A stretch of 64,000 bases of DNA from Eledone cirrhosa. Taxonomy: Eukaryota. Below, one piece after another: positions 1 to 14,354 of the stretch (position 1 is its first letter; the number at the start of each line of letters is the position of its first letter). The DNA is taken from contig OZ024743.1 of assembly GCA_964016885.1 (NCBI GenBank), positions 143,964,001 to 144,028,000 of the forward strand. The letters run 5' to 3'. The notes under the pieces are model-generated. The model did not search any database. It saw only the letters and a program-made list of their open reading frames with translations, and was not told the origin of the DNA. Both the position numbers and the translations under genes were made by a program.

Positions 1-744
1 GGCGAGAAACTTTATCTCATGGCGTGCGGCTATCTCAGTGAATCGAGAATTGTGCAGCCTACACGTGCCAATACAAGGTTAAGTTGAAAAAAAAAAAAAA
101 TTCTATTGCGCGAGAAAATGGCGCGAAAATGATAGTGCAACAGGTCGTTGGCAGCTATTTTGAAAAAATGTGTGTGTGAAAGCGACAATGATGAAAAAGA
201 AAGAAAGGCTTCACTTAGTATAACAAATATGGCGAGTTCAATTTTTTTTGGGGGGGGGGGGTGAATTTTGAAAAAAACTTGAACGATGAAGAAAACGATG
301 GAAAAAAAGGCAATGGTTGAGATTCATCGAAAATAAATGTTCCTGTTGAAATGTTTTTTTAAAAAAAATCAAATTTCTTTTTTTTTTTTGTTTTTAAAGT
401 TCGTTGTAAGAAACGAGAAACATATATATATATATATACAGTGAACTGCAACAGTTAGTGGATGCGTGAGGGAAAAAGAGTCTGTTTGAACGAAAATTTC
501 ACATGTGCGTGTGTGCGTTTCTTTGACTGCGTAGGTTCATAGTTTGTCAATAAAATTTTGCTGCGTATTCGTAATGTTACTCACACAACACCAGATTCTG
601 CTATTTTTTTCTTTTTTCGGGGTCACCACTTATAACAGTAAAAAAATTGGTGTGTATGAATATAACATGAGAGACGTTGTTTGTGTGTATATAGAACAGT
701 ATAGTTGACATGTCAATGAATAGATGAAAGAATGAAGCAAAGTT

Positions 745-960
745 ATTAGTTACCGTTTTGATTGCCAGGCGAACGCGCCTGGCCGAAGACGGCTGGCGAA
801 GGCCAGGAGCCGGAAAGGCAAATGAGAGAGAGGGAACTTAAAGTTGTTAGTTTTATAGGGTTCTGACCGGAAGTTACAGAAAGGGTTCTACTTCCTGTCT
901 AGAGAGCGTTAATCTATTGGGGATGTGAGTGTCACAACAAGGGAGGAAACTCCTGCTACA
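745..960 (-). promoter_or_regulatory. Candidate Pol II core promoter and non-coding first exon, antisense to the host gene
   Basis: On the minus strand: TATAAAA (857-851), ETS-type GGAAGT motifs at 867-874 and 890-897, Inr-like CTCATTT near 826-820, GC-rich hairpins at 764-819 and a possible donor CG|GTAACT near 753. No transcript evidence. Confidence 0.35.
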
Positions 961-1236
961 ATTGTTTCACTGATTAAGTTGTCTAAAAAATTTTGAACAC
1001 TTGAAGTTGTGCCACGCAATTTTAAATAATAATTGTTAGACTGTAAATAAAACCCTTTATTGTACTGTTGACCATGTTATTCTTCACTCTTTCAATATAC
1101 ATATATATATATATATAGTAATAATAATAAATTTGAAGACTAAAATCCAAAGAGGGCTCAATAAGGATCAGAAGATCCCGTTAAGGGTGAAAGCAGCGAT
1201 TCTTTGCTTAAACTTTAATCTGTTATTTTAATAAAT

Positions 1237-1321
1237 ATATATATATATATATGTATATGTAAATTTACATATATATATATATATATATATATATGTATTT
1301 GTATATATACATATATATATG

Positions 1322-1354
<33 letters not shown>

Positions 1355-1803
1355 GTATATGTATATATATATATATGTATATGTATATATATACACACAT
1401 ATATATATGTATATATATATGTATATATATATATGTATATGTATATATATATGTATATATATATGTATATGTATATATATATGTATATATATATGTATAT
1501 GTATATATATATGTATATGTATATATATATGTATATATATATGTATATGTATATATATATATGTGTATATGTATATATATATGTATATATGTATATATAT
1601 ATGTATATGTATATATATATGTATATATATATGTATATGTATATATATATGTATATGTATATATATATGTATATATATATGTATATGTATATATGTGTAT
1701 ATGTATATATATATGTATATGTATATATATATGTATATATATATGTATATGTATATATATATGTATATGTATATATATATGTATATATGTATATATATAT
1801 ATG
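1237..1803. repeat. (TA)n/(TATATG)n compound microsatellite
   Basis: Read directly; it explains the YI/YIH-rich ORFs at 1215-1912. Confidence 0.95.
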
Positions 1804-1805
1804 TA

Positions 1806-2708
<903 letters not shown>

Positions 2709-2782
2709 TATATATGTATATATGTATATGTATATATGTATATATACATATACATGTATATATACATATATATAAATATATA

Positions 2783-2824
<42 letters not shown>

Positions 2825-3044
2825 AAAAACATGGGGAGAAGAATACTGCATGGTTGCACATGGATTACATATTATAAAATTAGTCCCTCATCAGTGATTT
2901 GCCAACCTTCATTGGTATTTCATCGCATTAAAAATCATATACCTCAGGTTGGTGCGAGCAATAACTAAAATAAGCTATTGGGACAAGTGAAACGCGTAAA
3001 GCGAGTGAGACAAGTAAACAACTATATATATATACAGTATGTAA

Positions 3045-3102
<58 letters not shown>

Positions 3103-3103
3103 G

Positions 3104-3134
<31 letters not shown>

Positions 3135-3208
3135 GTATATATATATGTATATATATATATGTATATATATATGTATATATATATATACACACACATATAT
3201 ATATATAT

Positions 3209-3927
3209 ACTGGAAGTCGTTTTCTGCAATTCACTCTGGATCTTAGCAACAGTGTTAAAATGCTGATCTTTGAGATGCAATTTCAGCTTGGAGAAGTCTT
3301 GGAAGTTTGCAGGTGCTAAATCTGGCAAATAAGACGAGTGCAGAAGCAATACAGTATTGTTTTTTGGCGAGAAACTCAAGAGTGAGGAAAACTCGGTGAC
3401 AGGGTGCATTGTTGTCATGAAGAATCCAATTCTTCATGCTCCACAGATCTGGTTGCTTTTACCAAACGTTCTCCCACAAATGCCTCAAAATGTTGCAGTA
3501 AAACTCTTGATTGATGGCCTCACCCTGGCAGATGAATTCTTGATGCACGATATGTGCGTGCTGAAAAAAATGATGAGCATGCTCTTGATTGAGCTGTGAC
3601 TCTGTTGAGTCTTTTTCGGTCGTGGAGATGAAGGGCTTCTCCACTGTGTCGACTGCTGCTTCGTCTCAGGGTTGTAACAGTAGATCCAACTCTTGTCACT
3701 GGTGTTGAACACAAAATTTCTTTGTTCCAACTTCCTGTTCATGACAAAGTCACAGGCTACAGCATACACATGATCACAAAAACACAACTTTCCAAGTGAA
3801 CTCAATGATGTGATTTGGCCTACTGGCACATGAAGTTCACTGCTAGCTCTGGCTGCTCACGTAAGTGTGTGTTGCCATCTGTTGGTGTGCTACAGAACTA
3901 GTCCAGAAACTGTTTGATACCACCTTG
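3209..3927 (-). mobile_element. Degenerate mariner transposase fragment with one TIR
   Basis: Peptides [25 protein letters not shown] and YLPDLAP (YSPDLAP motif) in shifted frames. TIR-like CAAGGTGGTATCAAACAGTTTC next to TA at 3928-9. Confidence 0.85.
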
Positions 3928-3967
3928 TATATACACATGTACACTCACACACACACACACACACAAA

Positions 3968-4190
3968 TACCCCCTTTGGTCTCGAATGACCATGAGTTTG
4001 TACCTAGAAAGTTCCCCTCAAAGCACAACCCATATGTATCAGTCTCCACTTTCCACTCCATTAGTGACATTGCTCTCATTTCTACACTTGAGTGAAATGG
4101 AGAAACTTGAAATAAAGTATCTTTCTCAAAGACATAATGCATCGCCCGATCGATGAACAAACTCACTAACCACTAAACCGCATGCCTTCA
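3968..4190 (-). mobile_element. tRNA-derived SINE copy (family M, decayed)
   Basis: Shares the central block (GAAATAAAGT..TCAA.GA.A.AA on plus) and the head (CTAACCACTA) with the copies at 23789-24348. Confidence 0.6.
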
Positions 4191-4203
4191 CACACAAACA
4201 GAG

Positions 4204-4258
<55 letters not shown>

Positions 4259-4292
4259 TTAATTCAGTATTGTTCTTATTTCTCTATTTCAG

Positions 4293-4420
4293 AGATCTTT
4301 TGACATCAAGACTCAATGTAGATGTAAATTCTGTGTGTATTTACATGGAGTCTTCCAACACACCATTGCCTGTAAACAGTTCAGCTAACTTACTAGAAGG
4401 CAACCGACTTCATCTAAAAG
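4293..4420 (+). CDS. Internal exon encoding the C-terminal half of a Ras-binding (ubiquitin-fold) domain, PLEKHG5-like RhoGEF
   Basis: Acceptor TTTCTCTATTTCAG, donor AAG|GTAGCC, 128 bp, phase 2 in and phase 1 out. DLLTSRLNVDVNSVCIYMESSNTPLPVNSSANLLEGNRLHLK resembles my recollection of the PLEKHG5 RBD ([29 protein letters not shown]). Confidence 0.7.
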
Positions 4421-5019
4421 GTAGCCCACTTTCTCTTTCTCCCTACTTTCTTTCTCTTTTACTTTTTTCCTTTTCTGTTTCATTCTTTCTTTTTCTTACT
4501 TTAAAAAAATCTTATCTCTCTTTCTATCTTTTATGTCCTCCTTTCTTTCCTCTTCTTCTTGTTTGTTTCTTTCTAAGATATATGACATCAGTTGCTTAAG
4601 ATGTCCACCATATGCTACTTATCTTATTACCTTCTACACCTACTCTGTCCAACCCTATGTTGGACATCTGTGTTCACCAAGTGTCGCCAGCTTCTGTTTG
4701 TAATGCCATAGATTCACTGGTTAAAGCTAATTTAACAAATCATTGGTGAACACCAACACATGTATGAACAAATACATCCCACTTTGGTTTTGAGCAATTA
4801 CTAAAAAACAAAATCCAAACTTCTGTACTCTGCCTTTCTTTACAGTTGGAAAAAAATTTAGAAAGTACACCAGTGTTCAACCCCAAATAGCAACCCTTAA
4901 TTGTTTGAGTCAACCTTGGTTTGTTCTTACGACCCTTGTTTTTAATGTGAGGGGCAATAGCATCTGTGCAACTGTTCATATTTCAGGTTTGATTTGCTTT
5001 CCATGCAAGGTCATTAACA

Positions 5020-5167
5020 TGCAAAGTCATTACCATGTAAGGTCATTACCATGTAAGGCTGTTACCATGTAAGTCAGCTACCATGTAAGGCTGTTACCAT
5101 GTAAGTCAGCTACAATGTAAGGTCGTTACAATGTAAGGTCGTTACCATGTAAGGCTGTTACCTTGTA
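5020..5167. repeat. Short minisatellite, ~17-18 bp unit GTAAGG(T/C)(C/T)GTTACCAT
   Basis: About 8 tandem units read directly. Confidence 0.85.
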
Positions 5168-5224
5168 AAAGAAAAGTTCAAAAATAGAAATGTTTTTGCT
5201 TTCATTGTAGATGACACAATACAA

Positions 5225-5772
5225 GGTATACAGCACAGTTTATAAAGTGGCTGGTGTTAGGAAGGGTTTCCAGTTGTAGAAACCATGTCAAAAAGGTTTG
5301 GGTCGATCCATCAGTCATGACACAATAACATTTCTAATGCTGGTGCCATAAAACATGCATTCAATACATCCTATAAGATAGTCGGGAATAGGAGAAACTA
5401 TGGAAAAAAAAAAAAAAAGGTTAAGAGGACTCTTCAGTTGTGTCAAGGGCAAGACAACTTCTTTAGTATGTGACATGACAAAACACACTCAGTACACTCT
5501 GTAAAGCAGTTGATGATAGGAAGGACATCCAACCATAGAAAACTTTCCAAATAAAGAGTTGAGAGGAATTATTAGTTGTGTCAAAGACTGAATAACCTTT
5601 CTAGTGCTGATGCCATAAGAAAATGCATCCAACACACTCTGTAGAATATCGGAATGTATGCAAGTGAGATGTAGCCCCTGGCCAGTTTGAAGGATCAGAG
5701 GCTCTAATTAAGTATTGACTTGGTCTGTGATGACCTGTACAACCCTTGCTGGCATTAAATGATGATGATGAT
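5225..5772 (+). mobile_element. RTE-related non-autonomous element with an internally reiterated module and a (TGA)n tail
   Basis: Repeated blocks like GTAAAGTGG.TGGTGTTAGGAAGGG.ATCCAG.TGTAGAAA, ending ACCCTTGC..TTAAATGATGATG as the RTE copies do. Confidence 0.55.
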
Positions 5773-6193
5773 AATGTTTGACTTGTTAAGACAAACCACT
5801 GCTAGTCTTTTTGAATTCTAGTGATTATATTTGATATGTTTAACAATTGTAGAGAGGTCACGAGATGCATAAGACGTGACTGGTATGATTGTAAATTGTA
5901 AAACAACCTTATGGACATAGGATATGGCCGAGAAAATGTAGTTTTACAATCAGAAGACAAAAGACCCTGATGTAAATATTTACAGAAAGCTAATTTGTGC
6001 ATAAAGATTAAAGGATTTACTATGGTCGTGTGTACGACAATATCTCCATTATTTTCTTATCCCTGGAAGCTCAGTTGACAATGGATTATGTTGAGAAAAT
6101 CTTCCCAAGTAATGCTGTGAGATATCTGTAGCTGGCTGTTGGGAACAATCTAGAACAAACTATCAAGTTGACACTGTTTGTTTGAGGGTTTAA

Positions 6194-6772
6194 CTGTTTT
6201 GATTCCAAACCACCCCTGGTTTTATTTTAAAAGTTTGTTGGTTTTTAATTGTTTATATTTATTTAGAAACATTCCACCATATTTTATGTAAGAACCTTTG
6301 TTAACCCTTTTGTTACTGTATTTTTAATGATAGATGCTGTTTCTGATTTTCAATTTGAAAAAATAATAATTGTTTCTACTTTTGGCACAAGGCCAGCAAT
6401 AACCCAGTACATTACTGGTACTTTATTTTATCGAATCTGTAAGGATGAAAGGCAAAGTTAACCTCGGCCTTTGAAAAAATAATAATAATGAATTGTAAGG
6501 GATTTAGTAATATAACTTTCTTACTATTAAACTGGTATTTGGAACATAACTTAAAGGTCTTTACATAAAATTACAATGGAAGGTTCTAACACTTTAAAAT
6601 AAAAAGTGCTGTACCATAGGGCCAAAGGTGATTTCATGAGTTTTGGTATCAGAAGGTTTATGTTCCAAACACTAGCAAAATGATGAGAAATAGTTTCAAA
6701 AGTCTGGTTATTTTCAAAATTAATTGGAAATCATAGTCAATGTTTTACATTAGAAATATGGTAACAAAAGGG
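6194..6772. mobile_element. TTAA-flanked MITE (family B) containing an inverted second copy (~6305-6656) and a SINE fragment (~6368-6470)
   Basis: Ends TTAA-C.TTTTG(A/T)TACC and GGTAACAAAAGGG-TTAA. The inner copy starts at the internal TTAA 6301-6304. Confidence 0.6.
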
Positions 6773-7159
6773 TTAAAGGAGGGAGGTGTATTGTTGAAAT
6801 ATTTGAGGAGTTATTTTCAGTAAGAGAAACAAACCGTGGTTCTAGTTTCTACTATTTAGTTTTAGAGTTATTTAAAAAGAAATTTAATGTCTTGTACCAC
6901 TTAAAACCATATTACCAAGACATTTTTGCAAATTACAAAACAGCTCTATGACTGCATCACATTAAAAATGAGAGTCTTTACTTTCAGTTTACTGCAAAGT
7001 TTCACAGCAATCTATCCACTAGTAAAGAAACTATAAACATTTGAATAAACAAACATGTTTTTAGACAATTTCTACAGAATCATTACGGAATGTTGAGAGT
7101 TAAAGTACAGAAAGTTTGTGTGATTAGGGTTGGGAGATTGTGGGAATATGTTACGATAT

Positions 7160-7214
<55 letters not shown>

Positions 7215-10117
7215 TTTGTATGTTCATGTGACTGTGTAAAACTAAAAGTATGTAAAAGAGGTTGCATCTCTGTGCATATGTTTTTGTATCTGTCTTTTGT
7301 GTGTTTAAGAAGGTTGTGAATTTTAGTGAATTCAGCATCAGTGAGTTTTGTATGGATGGCCGAAGAGATAGATTGACTCACACATGCATGTATTTTGTTT
7401 TGTGTATGTGGATGTTTGTATGAGTGCATATGTGATGAAATCACTAGGTACAAAAATGAGTAAGGGAATAATTTTGTTTGCACATACTATGTATGTGTAT
7501 ATACATACATCTACACACATATGTACTAGTTGATTAAATATTTATAGCTGACTATATGTGTGCATGTACATGCACTAATCTGTTTATTGCTGTGTATGCA
7601 CATGCATGCATTCATGCATGCCCAAATCAGTTTATTGCCATCATGTGTTTCTGTATGCAACTGCTAGTCTAAATCTGATCATTGCTGTGAGTACACAGCA
7701 TTTACCATTACATTACAAACAGTTCTGTAAAGCGAGACACGGTCACCTGACCAATCTTGCCTCAAGTGGGACAAACCCGTCCAACCCATGCTAGCGTGGA
7801 AGATGGACGTTAAGCGATGATGATGAGGATGATTGCACTTGTACATGTAAAACAATAATTCAAAAATACAATGGAAATACAGTGGAAATGTGAGGCCAAT
7901 ATGTTTCTGTTAATTCTTAATATCTTGTAATTATTTAGTAAAAACTATTTTAAGCAGCTTAATATAAGCAAGGAGAGAAATAGTAAAACAAAAGAGAATA
8001 AGGACTGTTGTCCAACGTGCCGACAAAGAAGTACCATAAACCTGTTGTTTTTTTTTATTTTGAGTTTAAATTATTTAATGTATATATTTTTGATTTTTTT
8101 TCGAGACACCCAAAACTTATCTGTCCATTATTTGTTGTGATATCATTTTACATGCATTTTACATGCATTTTACCAATAGAGCAGTTCTGTTGTGCAAACT
8201 GTTGTTACAAGTGTAATCCCACCTTAATGCATGAAATTGCATGCCAGATGATGGTTGAAGTGGTATAGATGTAGTTGTCTGTTCATCATATGTAACTGTA
8301 TTTCTCTATATTTTTCTGCTGAAATATATAAAGTATAACCCATGCTAACATGGAAAAGCAGACATTAAATGATGTTGAAGTGGAGAAGATGAAATGAATC
8401 ACATGAATTGAACAACAATATTTTTATTTTCTTCAAATGATATCAGTTGTTAATGAGACTTAAGTTTTATTCAAAGTGTGGCTTTCTATTTGTATATGTA
8501 TCATGTATTGATTTCATGGACATAAGTATAAGGTTGAATTTGGTTTGTAGATGTGACTGTTTGTATAGTTAATAAAATTGATTTCAAAATATACTTATTT
8601 AACTTTAAACATCCTGTATTTATTTAGCAGGGAATACCTAAAATGGGTTGTTTATTCAAATGTTTGTAGTATCATTACTAGTTGACAAATTGTAGTGAAA
8701 ATTCATACTTTTTTCAAGAAAGCCTTTGGAAATGCAATTTGATGTGGTACAGGACGTTAATAGCTAATAAACTCTGATCACTGGTCCCATAGCTCTATGA
8801 AGTTGTAGACATGCTGCCATGACATAAAATGTGCTTTGCGCATTTTAAATTTGGTGGCACCCATTCCTCTCTAAGTTTAATCACAGGCAATTTCTTCTTC
8901 TTTGTCGTCTCCTCCTCCTCCTTCTTAGAGAGGGAGAGAGTAATTGACTCTAGTACTGCACTGGTATTTATTTATCAACCCTGAAAGAATGAAAGGCAAA
9001 TAGACCTTGGTGGGATTTGAATGCTATATAGCATTCTGTCTAATACCCTAACTACTCACCAATTATTTGATCAATTAGTATTAGACTTTAGCAAAATTTA
9101 AAGTCAGGTCTGGTGATTGACTACTTCAACTGTCCACACTAGAAGTATATATAATCTCAATTATTTTATGAAGGTGCTTCTATGTAACCTGCTAAAAATC
9201 TCCCATATATCACAAACTTCTATCTTACACATCGAGATGCAATGTTTCTTCAAATGCATTGTTCCCCTGAAAAAGAATGGATGATCATGGATAGAAAGCT
9301 TTTTTAAGTGTATATAAACGCCTTCCATCATAATTTTAAGTAAGAGCCCTTGTTAAGTTATGTTCCAAACATCAGCTTAATAATGAGAAAGCTAGTTGCA
9401 TTATTAAATCCAGCAAATTCTTGATTATTTTCAAAATTATTTGAAAATCATAGGCAATATTTTTCATTTGAACTATGGTAAGAAAAGGGTAAACTAGTAG
9501 ACCAAGGAATTTTCAGAATACAATATTCTTAAAGTGTAACTAACCCTGCCACTTTTGTTACTCAAGTTAATTCTTTAACATCAATATTAGTATTCTAAGT
9601 AGTATTCTAATATTTTCTTAATCTTTTAAGGATTTGGTTTGATAGATTTCTTTTTGTTTTTGTTCTTTATTTTAACATTATCACCATTGATTGGTGGCCT
9701 AGTAAATAGAAGTGTTATTACTGATAGTTTAGAAATATAGGTTCTAAATACAACCTGGTATTTTTCATTTTATTTTAGTAGTTCTGGAGGAAGGGGTATT
9801 TACAAGTTCTCCTAGATTGGAGAAATCGTTGCTGTTAATGTTCCACTTAAACTGTTGCAAATCAACACCTGTAGGAAAGACGAGCAGAAAGGGACTTCCT
9901 GTAGGCCGTCATTCAGAACAGGAAGAACTGGGTGGTAGTGATTGGTGTGAGACCTGAGGGAAATGGGCACAACATGAGTAATGAGTTGGGAGTGCCTGAG
10001 TGGAGGTGGCATGAAACCAGCCAGATCTGAGAAGAGGCCATTGCAATAGCATTAGAAGAGACAAGGTGTGGGAAACACCATGTCTGTTTGTAAGAGGCAA
10101 GAGTATGCACATCCTCA

Positions 10118-10720
10118 TCATTATTTTACATTTGTTTTTCCATGCTTTTTATACACTTTGTTACAAATGAAATTCATACTTAATCAAACCTATTGTTCAC
10201 CTAGATCAGCTAAGAGCCACATATTGCCTACATACAGTCCAGTTTTGGTATGGTTTCTACAGCTGGATGCCCTTCCTTACACCAACCTCTTTACAGAGAG
10301 TATTTGATGCATTTCATAATAACACCAGCACTAGAAAAGTTCTCATGCCCTTGACACAACTGAAAAGTCATCACAACCCTTTATTTGGCATTGATTTTAC
10401 TGCTGGATTCCCTTCCTAATGCCAACTTCTTTACAGAATGTACTGGATATATTTTATTGGTTCAGCAGCACTGGAGAGGTTATCTTGTCCTAGACAAGAT
10501 AACCTCTTTTTAGCATGATTTCTATAGGTAGATGCCCTCCTTAACACCAATCACTTTACAGAGTGCACTGGATGCATTTTATCGTGGTACCAGCACTAGA
10601 GAGGTTGTCAGATCATGGACTTGACCGAAGAGCCCTTTCTATTCTATGTTACTGTTTCAATGTCAATAGACTACAAAATACATTTTGTAGTGGCATCAAC
10701 ACTAAAAAGGTTATCTTGTT
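10118..10720 (-). mobile_element. Tandem reiterated RTE-related module, about 4 units
   Basis: Repeated CTGGATGCCCTTCCT.ACACCAA..ACTTTACAGAG at ~10255, 10400 and 10525, with a fourth partial unit. Confidence 0.6.
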
Positions 10721-11483
10721 CCAAAGCAAATAATGTACAGGGATGTATGAGGAGAGTTGTGGTGTGAAAGAAAGGGAGGATGTAATATAAGAATAAGTCA
10801 TCTGATATTAGAATATTTATTTTTCTAATCTTAGAAGCCTAGCAAAAAAAAAAAAAGATAAAAGAACTGAGAGAAAGATATAGATTACTGAAGGTACCTC
10901 TACATGGTCCTTCACTTAAAAAACAGCAACCAAATACTCCTCAAATCACATTCTATGGCTTTAATAAAGGGTGTGCATATTTGATGATGTAGTCCTAGAG
11001 ACATAATGCCTAAAATCACAGGATTTTCATGTTTGGAACTACTTTGCTCATAGGTCTTACTTGATGCTGGTTGACCTGGAACTAAATAACAATTTCCCAT
11101 TCACCAACATCAATTTTATCAACACCATCATCACAAACTAATAAAGGAGCCTTTGTAGTTATTTGACTTGCTTGAAATAGCAGCAAAATCTCCCTACAGC
11201 TTAATTAATATATATATATATGGTTGTTTAGGTGTCACATCAAAAAGTGCCTAGTCCACACTGTAAAGTGGTCATGTAGGTATCACAACAAAAAGCACCC
11301 AGTACACACTGTAAATGTGATTGACATTAGGAAGTGCATCCAGCTGTAGAATCCAAGCCAAAATCAGTTCTGTGTGAGCAAAACACAGTCCTCTGACCTG
11401 GCTTGTCTCACAGCGGGACAACTCGTCTAACCCATACTAGCATGGAAAATGAATGTTGAAAGATGATGACGATGATATATATA

Positions 11484-13548
11484 TCATCGTCATCATCATC
11501 ATCATTGTTTAACGTTCATCTTCCACGCCAGTATCGGTTAGACGGTTTTTGTTTCATTTGATGCAGGATTGGTCAGGAGACCGTGTCTTGCTCGTACGGA
11601 AGTGTCTCTGGCAGGTTTTCTATAGCTGGATGCCCTTCCTAATACCAACCACTTTTACAGTGTGGACTGGGTGTTTTTTGTTGTGTCACCGACTCAGTGG
11701 ACGGAAATGGGAGGATGGAGTAGGGTGTGTGGGGTGTATATTGGGTTAAGAGGTGCCTACTGACTAGGTTTGTATGCAAGGGAAGGTGGGTCTTCTGTAC
11801 AACTGCATGGTGCCAAAGATCTCGATTCAGTGACAATGTCTAAGTGAGCAAGGTCAGTTTTTATCACCTTGTCCCAGGTTTTTCTTGGTCTACCCACTCT
11901 GTAGCTTCCATCAATTTTCATTACTCTACACTTTTTTATACAGCTGTTGTCCTTCATATGCATCACATGGCCATACCAATACAATCTTCTTTCCAGACAT
12001 AACATATGATACCTCTTATGCTTAGTCTCTCTCTCAATTCGTTTATGCTTTGCTGTTTGCGCACATCCATTGGAACATGCAAGCTTCATTTCTTTCTAAT
12101 CTATGCAGGTCTTCAACACACAATGCCCAAGTCTCACTACAATGTAATATCGCCGTTTGTATACAAGCATCATATAATCTGCCTTTCACTTTTAGAGAAA
12201 AATACCTTGTAGCCAACAGTGGTATTAGCTCTCTGAACTTTTTCCATCCCGTTCTAACTCTGGCTACTACACTTTCAGAGCACCCGCCTCCACTGCTGAT
12301 TTTGTCACCCAGGTAATGGAAAGTGTCTACTATTTCTATAGAACCATCTGGGCAGTTGAAGGAGCTAGTATCCAGTGGGTCCTTGCTACTTACTGCACCT
12401 GAGCATCGGCCACATATAAAATCTACATTCTTAGATAGCTTACCTGTGATCCCACTACATCTTTTATGTACCCATAGTTTGCATTTGGGGCATAGAATGG
12501 AATTTCTACCTACTCCTTTCTTACACACTGAGCATGGCCATTTCCCAGAGGGCACACGTTCTCTATTCTTTCTACATACTAGAACTTTAGTCTTAGAAAG
12601 TTAACTCTAAGGACTTTTGATTCTAGGCCATGCTTCCATGTTTGTAACTTCTTCTCTAGTTCAGCCATGGATTCAGCTATGAAAGATAGTCAATCTGCAT
12701 ATAGAAGTTCCCATGGGCAGCCGATCTTGAACTCCTCTGTTATAGCCTGAAGGGCAATAATAAACAGGAGGGGGCTAAGGACGGAGCCCTGGTGAACCCC
12801 TACTATTATGTTAAATTCTTCACTATATTCATTGTTAATTCTAACCTTGCTGACTGTTCCTCTATACATGGCTTGTATAGCTCTCACAAGCCATTCATCT
12901 ACTCTTAGTTTTCTAAGAGCCCACCAGATTAAGGTGCGTGAGACTCTGTCAAAGGTTTTCTCCAAGTCAATAAAAGTTAAGTAGAGGGATTTATTGTTAG
13001 CTAGGTACGTCTCCTGTAGTTGCCGATCAAGGAAAAGAGCATCCATGGTGCTTTTACTTGGCACAAACCCAACTGAATTTCATCTAGATCAATTCAGTCC
13101 CTAATCAGTTGAGTAATAACTCTTTCAGTGACTTTCATGACCTGGTCAACTAACTTAATGCCCCTATAGTTTCCTCTATCCATGGCGTCTCCTTTGCCCT
13201 TGTAACAGTTGACGATGATGCTGCTACGCCAGTCATTCTGTATTACTTGGTTTACTATCCGGGTGACCATAGTATGTTCCACCATTCCAGATGCCTTCAA
13301 CATTTCAGTAACTATCCTTGAAAGCCCAGCTTCATATCTCTGATTGCCTTACTCACTATATTACCATTAACTTGCACAGCTGGTCCTTCTGTTGGATCAA
13401 TGTGGGGCAGACTAGTTTTATACCATTCATTCTCCTCATGCAGTAGTCTCTTGTAGTGACACTTCCAAGCTACCTTCTTATCAGTGAGGGTAATTATACA
13501 ATCGTCATTGCAGACACACTTCTCCTCGACAATATCACAATTCTCCTT
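11484..13548 (-). mobile_element. 5'-truncated RTE-clade LINE, frameshifted, with PHD-type finger
   Basis: RT motifs FIDLEKTFD, VHQGSVLSPLLF, LLYAD and FHYLG; RTE thumb WYGHVMHM; (CAT)n tail on plus at ~11484-11503. Confidence 0.92.
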
Positions 13549-13572
13549 CACACACACATATATATATATATA

Positions 13573-13671
13573 AAGGATGTCCCGCCAAAATGTATATACA
13601 CTTTGATTACTTGTACAGGCAATATTTATTAGAATGCTGTTGAAGTGTGTACACATGTTTTTGGACACCCT

Positions 13672-13672
<1 letters not shown>
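13573..13672. mobile_element. 100 bp Tc1/mariner-type MITE
   Basis: Imperfect TIRs AAGGATGTCCCGCCAAAATGTATATACAC and GTGTGTACACATGTTTTTGGACACCCTG, with TA flanks. Confidence 0.6.
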
Positions 13673-13714
<42 letters not shown>

Positions 13715-14354
13715 CACACACACTTATGTGTGTTTGTGTATGTTTGTCCATGTCTGTGCCTATATTTATTATTTTTTTGTTTGGTAACTTAAGTTTTACA
13801 AAAAGATATCCAAAGATATAAGTATCAGGCTTGAAAACAATAAGTACTGGAGTCAATATGATCAACTAAATCCTTTCAATGTGGTGTCCAAGTATGGCTG
13901 CATGTAAAAGAATAAAAGACTAGATGACCATGGCTGGAATGTCATCAGAGCCAACTTACGAGGTAAAACAACATCAGGTTATTGATTATTGGTTCATTTT
14001 CTCAGTATACCTGTGTCAGTTTGTTTAAAGCAGGTGAGAAAAGGTACATTCAGCTTATCTTCAGAAAGTAAACAAACTTTGTAACAACAGTATATTAGAC
14101 AATGAGGTTGAGCAAGCTGCTGTCACCTCCCCTTCACTGGAGGAGCAGGAGGCTGATACAATACTACACACTGCATTCAAACGATTGTTATATATACAGG
14201 CATAGCTGTGTGGTTAAGGAGTTTACTTGATAACCATGTGGTACTGGGTACAGTCCCACTGTGTGCCTCACAATGGCTGCAATCTAATGACTGAAAATTA
14301 GATTGTAGTTTTTATGCAAAGGGACTTTACTGTTGCTGAGAAACACAAAATACT

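Noticed and set aside
14100-14180. EEQEADTILHTA resembling the EEADT nuclease motif of some DNA transposons
   Set aside because: Too short and without supporting context.
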